A program made the position numbers and the translations under genes. From an uncultured Verrucomicrobiota bacterium (lineage in GTDB: Bacteria > Verrucomicrobiota > Verrucomicrobiia > Limisphaerales > AAA164-E04): a DNA stretch of 64,000 nt. Of this stretch, positions 57,201 through 64,000 are shown piece after piece. The DNA lies in NCBI GenBank assembly GCA_964415055.1, contig CAYPZD010000005.1, forward strand, positions 903 through 64,902, given 5' to 3'. Positions within the stretch are counted from its first letter, which is position 1; each line of letters starts with the position of its first letter. The notes beneath the pieces are model-generated. The model had not been told where the DNA came from, did not search any database, and saw nothing but the letters and a program-made list of their open reading frames with translations.

Positions 57201-57279
57201 CAAGACCAAAGGTGAAAAGAATGAGTGTGAAGAGCCAAAGAGAATCCTTTGGGACCAGTGAATGCCTGTTCTTGTTCAT
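54277..57279 (-). pseudogene. WD40 propeller / FN3-like / FGE-sulfatase (SUMF1-type) domain protein interrupted by one in-frame TAA
   Basis: ORFs 54712-57339 and 54277-54645 are in the same frame (offset 2694 = 898 x 3). TAA at 54712-54714 splits the FGE domain between ...AYCEWLTRQANGQELLM and GYVCALPTEAQWEYACRA...NVWEWCSDWY. Confidence 0.75.
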
Positions 57280-57488
57280 GTCAGTTGGATGGGTTGATGC
57301 AGGTTGCTCAAACCGGATACCTCCTGTTATTTCCGGCAAAATCCTGTGATCCTTAACAATGATTTAGTGCCAAAATGGGTAAGGGTCAAGAAACTGTTGG
57401 GGATTGCTCCTCACGTAAAAGTCAGTGTTTGAGCTCATATCAGACATCCCAGTTGGAGGAAAAGAAAGGAGCTATACGGTTCATACAC

Positions 57489-57517
57489 AAAAAAAGCCCA
57501 TGCACGAGGCATGGGCT
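57489..57517 (-). terminator. rho-independent terminator (minus strand)
   Basis: Stem AGCCCATGC (57495-57503) / GCATGGGCT (57509-57517), loop of 5. A7 on plus strand equals a U-run on minus. Lies 18 nt after the cytochrome c' stop. Confidence 0.8.
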
Positions 57518-57534
57518 CTTGAAGGAGAAAAAGA

Positions 57535-57975
57535 TCAGTGTTTTGGTTTATGCTCCGAGTGGCAGGCTTTGCAGGAAGCACCCAGTTTCTTGAATCCGGC
57601 CAGGGCACCTTCGATATCTTTCTTTTCGATGGCGGCAGCGGCGGCAGCGCTACCCTCACGAAGGTCTTTGGTGCAGGCGTCAGCCCAAATACTGTCGGGG
57701 CAACGACCGTCCTCCATCATCGTGTAGCTGGATTCATTCAGGAGGGCGGCACTCAAAGCGAGTTTTTCCCAATCCTCATCGGATGAAGGCTTGGAATCAA
57801 TCAGACCCTTTTTGAGTTCCCCCATGTGAGGTTTAACGATTGCCGACATCAATTGTTCGGTGGTCAACGGACGGGTTTTACCTTTCTTCACCTGAGCCAA
57901 CCCTGTGTTCAACACGCCAACTGAGAGCCCGGCCACGAGTATGGCGGGGAGAATACGTTTCATGGAATTCATCAT
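57535..57975 (-). CDS. class II cytochrome c (cytochrome c'-like four-helix bundle)
   Basis: Signal peptide, about 120-aa helical body, C-terminal CKACH heme-binding motif. Confidence 0.75.
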   Translation of the reverse strand: MMNSMKRILPAILVAGLSVGVLNTGLAQVKKGKTRPLTTEQLMSAIVKPHMGELKKGLIDSKPSSDEDWEKLALSAALLNESSYTMMEDGRCPDSIWADACTKDLREGSAAAAAAIEKKDIEGALAGFKKLGASCKACHSEHKPKH

Positions 57976-58211
57976 GATAAGTGTATATTTTTGGATTTCT
58001 GGAATCAGGTGAGATCATATTTTTCCGTCATCAGAAATCAAACTTTCTTTTGTTCAAAAGCCGGAAATCTCCATTCAGCAAGCAAAATCCAGCTACGAAT
58101 AGTCCTATGGCTGAGACGACACCCACCGTCTCCTTAAATAAGTTCCAACACTTGACGACACAACATTTGGTATGCTAAATTCTTGCCCATACATTTTGAT
58201 GTGGTTAACGA

Positions 58212-58667
58212 ATGAAGTGCCCCAAATGCAGTTGCATCGATGACAAAGTAGTCGACTCACGCTCCTCAAAAGAGGGAGCGGTCATTCGCCGTCGCCGTGA
58301 GTGCTTGGAGTGTGGCCATCGATTCACGACCTACGAGGAAATCGAGCGGGAAATGCTGATGGTGATCAAACGCGATGGTCGCCGGGAACTTTTCTGTAAG
58401 GACAAATTGGGGGCAGGCCTACACCGCGCTTGCGAAAAACGACCTGTGAGTCAACAAGTTGTGCACGAGCTTATTGACCGCATTTACAACAGTGTGCTGG
58501 ATGAATACGAGCGCGAAGTACCCAGCATGGTGATCGGGGAACGTGTCATGAATGGCCTGCGTGTGGCGGATGAAGTCGCCTACGTCAGGTTTGCCAGCGT
58601 TTATCGTCGGTTTACGGATGCGACCGAATTCGTTCAAGAAGTCAGAAAACTGGAAACAACCCTATGA
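58212..58667 (+). CDS. nrdR: transcriptional repressor NrdR
   Basis: MKCPKCSCIDDKVVDSR...CLECGHRFTTYE zinc ribbon plus ATP-cone. Confidence 0.93.
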   Translation: MKCPKCSCIDDKVVDSRSSKEGAVIRRRRECLECGHRFTTYEEIEREMLMVIKRDGRRELFCKDKLGAGLHRACEKRPVSQQVVHELIDRIYNSVLDEYEREVPSMVIGERVMNGLRVADEVAYVRFASVYRRFTDATEFVQEVRKLETTL

Positions 58668-59224
58668 TTCAGCTTAATCCAGATTGTGTGATGGTGGAAC
58701 TGGAAGACGGAAAGGCCTTGCCGTGTTCCGTCGAACTTCTGACGGTTGAATTGCTGGGTGAAGAAGCTTCCTGGATGGACCCCGAAATTCTGCAAAATAT
58801 TTGCGACGCAGTCATGCTCTACCTCAGGGATGAACAGGGAAAAGAAAGCGTACCATTCCATGAGTTTGCTCATGTCCTAGAGGAAGTGTTGCAAGGATTT
58901 GGGTTTAAAGTCGCGCTTCCCAAAAATTCCCGTCCACCCAATCCTGTCCGTAAAGCGGATCTGGCAGATTGGCTGGGCAGGCAGGAACTTGGATTTGATC
59001 TGATGCTTTTTCAGCGGCTGCGCGAGGAATTATCCCAGCGCTTGGAACAGGAACCAGTGGGAGTCCTCTGGATTCACGGCACACGCAATTGCGTCAAGGC
59101 CCATCTGGGCGCCCGACGTTGGAGTCGCAGGTGCCAGCAGCTCCATGACCAAATGGTCGACTTCATTCGGGAGTGTTTCGATCGCAAGGCAAACGCCGGA
59201 TCCTCCCTCATCGTTCACGCTTAA
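58664..59224 (+). CDS. hypothetical protein translationally coupled to nrdR
   Basis: 186-aa ORF; ATGA overlap with the nrdR stop. No family recognised. Confidence 0.55.
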   Translation: MIQLNPDCVMVELEDGKALPCSVELLTVELLGEEASWMDPEILQNICDAVMLYLRDEQGKESVPFHEFAHVLEEVLQGFGFKVALPKNSRPPNPVRKADLADWLGRQELGFDLMLFQRLREELSQRLEQEPVGVLWIHGTRNCVKAHLGARRWSRRCQQLHDQMVDFIRECFDRKANAGSSLIVHA

Positions 59225-59238
59225 CCCCATCAAATGTC

Positions 59239-59580
59239 ATGAGTGCGACCTTGTTTGAAAAAATCATTGCCCGCGAGATACCGGCGGACATTGTCTATGA
59301 AGACGATTCCGTGCTGGCCTTCCGGGACATCAATCCACAAGCTCCCACCCACGTCCTGATCATTCCCAAAAAGCCCATCCCCCGAGTTGGCGAAGCTCAA
59401 GAGGAAGATCAATTGCTATTGGGATATCTGCTCCTGAAGGCTGGAGAGGTCGCCCGACAACTCAAACTTGAAAACGGATTTCGACTGGTGATCAACAATG
59501 GCAGAGATGGTGGAGAAACCGTTCCACACCTCCATTGCCATATTTTAGGGGGACGTCCCCTGGAATGGCCCCCGGGTTGA
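59239..59580 (+). CDS. HIT-family (HinT-like) nucleotide phosphoramidase
   Basis: FEKIIAREIPADIVYEDD... and the histidine triad HLHCHILGG. Start at ATG 59239. Confidence 0.9.
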   Translation: MSATLFEKIIAREIPADIVYEDDSVLAFRDINPQAPTHVLIIPKKPIPRVGEAQEEDQLLLGYLLLKAGEVARQLKLENGFRLVINNGRDGGETVPHLHCHILGGRPLEWPPG

Positions 59581-59581
59581 A

Positions 59582-60181
59582 ATGACCGTTGCCAACCAAA
59601 TTACCATCCTCCGTATCCTGATCGTTCCGGTCTTTATCGTGGCCGTGCTCTACTACGTCCATGGGGGAAATGAATGGATGCGGTATGCGGCTCTCGGGTT
59701 ATTTGGCTTGGCATCTCTGAGTGATGCAATCGATGGATTCATCGCAAGGAAATACAATCAAATCAGCGAACTGGGCACCGTTCTGGATCCCCTCGCCGAT
59801 AAATTGCTGCTCATCTCCGGGTTTATTGTGCTGAGTCTGGACAACGATCCTTACCTCCCCAGCATTCCCATATGGTTGACGGCCCTTATTTTCAGCCGGG
59901 ATGTATTGCTGGTATTGGGCTTGATCCTCCTTCATTACACCTTCGGAAAAATTCAGGTCCGACCAAGGCTGATCGGCAAATTGGCAACAGCGCTCCAAAT
60001 GCTCATCATCCTTCTGGTCTTGGCAAAACTGCCGCCTCACTGGATCATCTATCTTTTCTATGGTGCTGGATTTTGCACCGGTGCATCCGGTGTTCTCTAT
60101 GTCTGGGATGGCATCCGCCAACTGGGCACCCACCCTTCCAGTTCTCCCATACAAGCCAAAGATAAGGAGACGTCAGAGTAA
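59582..60181 (+). CDS. pgsA: CDP-alcohol phosphatidyltransferase (PgsA-like)
   Basis: DAIDGFIARKYNQISELGTVLDPLADK equals the D-G-x2-A-R-x8-G-x3-D-x3-D motif. Multi-TM. Confidence 0.85.
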   Translation: MTVANQITILRILIVPVFIVAVLYYVHGGNEWMRYAALGLFGLASLSDAIDGFIARKYNQISELGTVLDPLADKLLLISGFIVLSLDNDPYLPSIPIWLTALIFSRDVLLVLGLILLHYTFGKIQVRPRLIGKLATALQMLIILLVLAKLPPHWIIYLFYGAGFCTGASGVLYVWDGIRQLGTHPSSSPIQAKDKETSE

Positions 60182-61030
60182 CTGACATTTGGGACAGTAA
60201 TACGTCCCCCGCTGTGAGATCACCATTCGCAGGATCGGAGACGCGCATTTCGAACAGGGCTGACCTTCGCGATCATAAACATGAAACCGCTCTGTCATGT
60301 CTGGGTCGGCCTGACCCGAGCGACCAAAGTAGAAAAAACCATCCCCATGCCCGGAGCCTTCCCAATCGAGTTTGGAGGTGGTCCCGAGTTGTATTGCTTC
60401 GGACAAGGTCTTGCGAATAGCCCGGCATAAAGTGGCTAATCCGCGCTTGGGAATGGATTTTACCTGGCGTGAAGGATGCAAACGTGACAAGAACAAGACT
60501 TCATTGACATAGATGTTCCCCAAACCCGCCACGCGTTCCTGATGCATCAGCAAATCTTTGATTTTGATCGATCGACCATGGCATATCTGCTGCAGATAGT
60601 CTGCGTGAAAGGCATCAGTATCCAATGGTTCCGGTCCCATTCGATCAATAGATGAGGTATCAAAAGTCCAACGACCAAATGAGCGAACATCCACATAACA
60701 CAGCACTCTATCCTTCCCTTCAAGCGCCACTGCCAAATGCGGAATACCCTGAACAGCGTCAAATCCATGCCTGAAAAACAAACGACCACTCATCCCCAAA
60801 TGGATGACCAGGGGTTTGAAGGGCGATCCATGGTTCAAATGAATCAATAGGAATTTGCCTCGCCGGTCGATGTGATGAATCGTTTGACCGGTAAGTTGAC
60901 GTTTGAAAACCCTCGCAGACTCAGGCCGAACGATGCGGGGTTTCTTGATCGAGACGTTTTGAACACAAAACCCCCTGGCCACACTGTCCAGATGTTGACG
61001 CAAGGTCTCTACTTCGGGTAATTCAGGCAT
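60173..61030 (-). CDS. mutM: formamidopyrimidine-DNA glycosylase
   Basis: MPELPEVE N-terminus (start at 61030) and C-terminal zinc finger CSKC...CPKCQ. Confidence 0.92.
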   Translation of the reverse strand: MPELPEVETLRQHLDSVARGFCVQNVSIKKPRIVRPESARVFKRQLTGQTIHHIDRRGKFLLIHLNHGSPFKPLVIHLGMSGRLFFRHGFDAVQGIPHLAVALEGKDRVLCYVDVRSFGRWTFDTSSIDRMGPEPLDTDAFHADYLQQICHGRSIKIKDLLMHQERVAGLGNIYVNEVLFLSRLHPSRQVKSIPKRGLATLCRAIRKTLSEAIQLGTTSKLDWEGSGHGDGFFYFGRSGQADPDMTERFHVYDREGQPCSKCASPILRMVISQRGTYYCPKCQLL

Positions 61031-61035
61031 AGTCG

Positions 61036-61473
61036 TCAACCATGATAACGCAACGGTTCGGTCATTGGAAATGCATTGGGAAGATGACGCACTTCGCCCA
61101 CCTGCTCCTCGTCGTCCAACAACACTTCCACGATATCAAACTGAATTTTGCAGCGGGGGAAGTGGAGCTTTTTCAGATAGTCCAAAGCGGTTTTACAAAT
61201 CTTCTTTCTTTTGTCGGCGTCGACCGCAGCCGCCGGCCGGGACCAGGTCTCGCCGGACCGGGTTTTGACTTCCACAAAAACCATGCAATCCCGATCGCGA
61301 AATATCAGATCGATTTCACCGCGTTTGGAGGCAAAATTACGCGCAAGCAATTTGTATCCACGACGGCGTAGAAACCGTTCGGCGGCTTTTTCACCCTGCG
61401 ATCCTTTTCGCAAATGATCCGGAGTGGTATCAGAACTGAAAAGGCCTTGCAGGCGCTGGATCAATCGTTCCAT
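61036..61473 (-). CDS. yraN: YraN-family (UPF0102) endonuclease-like protein
   Basis: GEKAAERFLRRRGYKLLARNF...GEIDLIFRD...VFVEVKTR motif. Confidence 0.85.
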   Translation of the reverse strand: MERLIQRLQGLFSSDTTPDHLRKGSQGEKAAERFLRRRGYKLLARNFASKRGEIDLIFRDRDCMVFVEVKTRSGETWSRPAAAVDADKRKKICKTALDYLKKLHFPRCKIQFDIVEVLLDDEEQVGEVRHLPNAFPMTEPLRYHG

Positions 61474-62144
61474 GGAAACAATGATTGTTGCTGCAAATTG
61501 CCAAGGAAACTAAGGCGATGCAAGGCACAGGGACCGAATTCCAGAATGGCGGACCGATGTTGAGGGGTACCATAGCCTTTATGCCTGGCAAAACCGTATG
61601 CGGGGAACCGGGCATCCCAATCCATCATCAAGCGATCCCGATGCTCCTTGGCCAGAATGCTCGCAGCGGCAATGGAAAAACTTTTGGCATCGCCTTTCAC
61701 AATCGGCGTGTGTGGGACCGGCAAACCTTGCACCGCCAATCCGTCCACCAGTACATGATCGGCTTCGAACCCTTTCAAGGCTTCCACCGCCAGGGCCATG
61801 GCGCGATGGGTGGCCTTTAAGATGTTGATGGCATCGATTTCCTCAGCCTCAACTTGTGCCAGTCCAAAACGGATTTCAGGATGTTGACGGATCGCATCAA
61901 ACAACAAGGCTCGTTTCCTTGGGGACAGTTTTTTGGAATCGTTGATGCCACTCAGCGTTTCCGGTAGTTCGGAATCAAACCATGAAGAAGGCAAGGCAAC
62001 CGCTGCAGCAACCACCGGCCCCGCCAAAGGACCTCTCCCGGCTTCGTCAATTCCTGCCAGAGCCTTTGCCCCTTCGGCATGCAGTTTCTTTTCCCAATAA
62101 AACCGGTCGAACGTTTTCTCAGCGGATTTGGTTCCTACGGTCAT
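61461..62144 (-). CDS. rnhB: ribonuclease HII
   Basis: GIDEAGRGPLAGPVVAAAV and DSKKLS motifs; 227 aa. Confidence 0.92.
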   Translation of the reverse strand: MTVGTKSAEKTFDRFYWEKKLHAEGAKALAGIDEAGRGPLAGPVVAAAVALPSSWFDSELPETLSGINDSKKLSPRKRALLFDAIRQHPEIRFGLAQVEAEEIDAINILKATHRAMALAVEALKGFEADHVLVDGLAVQGLPVPHTPIVKGDAKSFSIAAASILAKEHRDRLMMDWDARFPAYGFARHKGYGTPQHRSAILEFGPCALHRLSFLGNLQQQSLFPWND

Positions 62145-64000
62145 GGTTGAGCAAGATATTCGATCAAATCCCTCAGTTCACGTTTGGTCAGCATCCCGAC
62201 CAATCCCTCGGGCATCGGCGAAAGGGTTGATCGGCGGCTGTCGATGTCGGATTTTGAAACGGTATGAACGGCACCATCCGCCGACTGCAATACCAACTGG
62301 GATTCGTTTTCAGATTTCAAAACACCGCTGACACTTTCACCATCCTTGAGATCGATCATCACGGAATCGTATCCTTCGGCAATGCGCCGATTCGGATCGA
62401 CCATGGATTCCAGCAAATGCTCCCGTGACAGTTTTTTGGAGGCATCCTTCAACTTGGGCCCCACATTGCCCCCCCTGCTGCCAACTGCGTGGCAACGCAT
62501 GCAACCCAACTCCTGCCGCTCTTCAAAAATGGCCTTGCCGAGTCTGGCGTTTCCACCTTGCAAGGTGGTCCTGTAAGAGGCCAACGAATCATCATTGGGC
62601 AGATTACTTTCGTATTCTTTGAGTCGGGCGGTCAGAGAATCCTGTCTCGCGGACAGAATCGCTTCCATGACATCAAGACCCAAAGCCTCGGGCAGGGTTC
62701 CATCAATCAAACGATCCAACAAGGCACTCAACAAACTGACTGCCTCGGGTGTTTTCAATTTGGCCAACCCTTCGATGGCTGCCTGACGGACCGGAGTGGA
62801 TGAATGTTCCAGGTCGATTTTCAACAACTGAACCGCTTCTTCAGGTTTTAACAAAGATTGATGACGCACCGCAGCCGCATGAACGGCATCAGACGAGCTG
62901 GCCCGCGCAATTTTCAAAGCCTCAGCCAAACGGGGGCTTTCCAGTTTCACCAACGCCTCAACAGCATCCACTTTGACCGGATCAGACACATCCTGCGCGT
63001 TCAAGAGATGAATCAGCAAGGTATCTTCACCCTGAATCTGAAGCGCCACCATGGCATCGATGCATGCCTGTTTGACCGAATCAGGTGCTTCCTTGATAAG
63101 CTTGCTCAAAGCGAGTCGAAACGGTACGGCTGCCGAACGAGGATCTCTTTCCGACAAAGGACGCCATAGACCGGTGATGAGATCGCGCTTGGGAGGATTG
63201 GCCCACTTGGCAAGATGCGATAGAGCGATGGAGCGAAGGGATTCCTTGGCCGCCTGATCCTGCGCCAGTGAAATCAGGTAGGCGGCATTCTCCGTTTGCC
63301 CCAAGCGGTATTGTGCATTGATCGCCCGCCGCACGGCGGCGTCCGGCAAATTGGAACGCTGAATCAGTTGAGCCAACTGCTGCTGCGCTCCATCGATCGG
63401 CGCATCGTTGATCGCCCGAGCCACCTCTGTCACCACGGCAGTATTGGCATCCTTGAGGAACACGGAAATTTCAGGACGTTCCAGACGCCGCAATGCCAAA
63501 ACGGCTCCCATGCGCACTGAATCATCGGGATGCCCTGCAGCTTCCACCAAACCGGCAAGATCGTTGATGTAGTATAGAGCCATCACACAGGCATGACGCA
63601 CATACAGGTCCTGATCTTTATTGTTGGCCAGCACGTTGTAGATCGGTTCACATTGACGCAGGTTGACCAGGGTCTTGGTTTCTTCGCTGTGTTGAACTTC
63701 CTGAAATCCTGCTTGAAGCGTTTTCCAAAGCCACTTGATCCCAAAAAACTTTACGCGTGCATTCTCATGATTCATCAAATCGAGGTAATCATTGTAATAT
63801 CCCACCACTCCACGATCTCCCAGAACTTTGGCCACCTGAGTCACGACCTCCTCATCGGGATCATTCAGCAATTGCACGAGCAACTTGGCGGTATCCCGAT
63901 CCTTGGAAACCAACTGCCCCAAACCCCATATGGCATGAATCCGCCCCAGCTGGTTTTTTCCTTCGTTCGCCACACGGGTCAACTCGTCCATGGCGCTGAC
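62141..64000 (-). CDS. PVC-type HEAT-repeat / cytochrome c (CxxCH) protein, N-terminus beyond window
   Basis: HEAT-like repeats and C-terminal CMRCHAVG heme motif. The frame is open to the window edge, so the ORF-track Met at 63991 is probably internal. Confidence 0.8.
   Translation of the reverse strand, partial: VSAMDELTRVANEGKNQLGRIHAIWGLGQLVSKDRDTAKLLVQLLNDPDEEVVTQVAKVLGDRGVVGYYNDYLDLMNHENARVKFFGIKWLWKTLQAGFQEVQHSEETKTLVNLRQCEPIYNVLANNKDQDLYVRHACVMALYYINDLAGLVEAAGHPDDSVRMGAVLALRRLERPEISVFLKDANTAVVTEVARAINDAPIDGAQQQLAQLIQRSNLPDAAVRRAINAQYRLGQTENAAYLISLAQDQAAKESLRSIALSHLAKWANPPKRDLITGLWRPLSERDPRSAAVPFRLALSKLIKEAPDSVKQACIDAMVALQIQGEDTLLIHLLNAQDVSDPVKVDAVEALVKLESPRLAEALKIARASSSDAVHAAAVRHQSLLKPEEAVQLLKIDLEHSSTPVRQAAIEGLAKLKTPEAVSLLSALLDRLIDGTLPEALGLDVMEAILSARQDSLTARLKEYESNLPNDDSLASYRTTLQGGNARLGKAIFEERQELGCMRCHAVGSRGGNVGPKLKDASKKLSREHLLESMVDPNRRIAEGYDSVMIDLKDGESVSGVLKSENESQLVLQSADGAVHTVSKSDIDSRRSTLSPMPEGLVGMLTKRELRDLIEYLAQP

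Noticed and set aside
58152-58181. Possible sigma-70 promoter for nrdR (TTGACG at 58152-58157, TG-extended TAAAT-type -10 about 17-18 bp downstream).
   Set aside because: The -10 hexamer is poor and several alignments are possible. Not strong enough to report as a feature without a mapped transcription start.
1-64000. Looked for CRISPR arrays, tRNA/rRNA/tmRNA genes, integrases, transposases, reverse transcriptases (retron/DGR), and defence-type helicase/nuclease/Sir2/TIR genes.
   Set aside because: I found no regularly spaced direct repeats and no cloverleaf-compatible intergenic segments. None of the listed enzyme families appears among the ORF translations. The only nucleases (RNase HII, YraN, MutM) are housekeeping genes in a conserved context.

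Overview
64-kb chromosomal segment with no rRNA, tRNA, CRISPR array, integrase or transposase that I can recognise. The gene content points to a PVC-superphylum bacterium, probably Verrucomicrobiota-like; this is inference from family content, not a database hit. Supporting families are two PVC-type HEAT/cytochrome-c CxxCH proteins, FG-GAP/ASPIC (CRTAC1-like) giants, a sulfatase, an FGE-domain protein, a BlaI/BlaR1 pair, a Tat-exported enolase-superfamily enzyme and long periplasmic loops in TatC. About 60 protein genes are supportable. The housekeeping backbone is: kdsA, a fused lptC/lptA, lptB, hprK and ptsH; argC; lysA; rhlE; hup; panE; gltX; ispE; tatA and tatC; a full tolQ-(zinc ribbon)-tolR-tolA-tolB-pal operon; hisF; nrdR; pgsA; mutM; yraN; rnhB. 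Accessory content is limited to five items. (1) A vapBC plus blaI/truncated-blaR1 module at the left edge, bracketed by a 17-bp direct repeat. (2) A mazEF / membrane protein / vapBC islet at 21.1-23.0 kb. (3) An AT-rich three-gene islet at 31.0-34.5 kb encoding two paralogous anchored proteins and a Trp-rich protein with no recognisable family; it lies next to an orphan GspE-like ATPase and is bounded by REP-like hairpins. (4) A WD40/FGE-domain gene interrupted by a single in-frame TAA. (5) Small repeat and palindromic elements. The AT-rich islet is my best candidate for something undescribed, but nothing in the sequence shows its function. All calls rest on reading the ORF translations and the DNA by eye; no searches were run.
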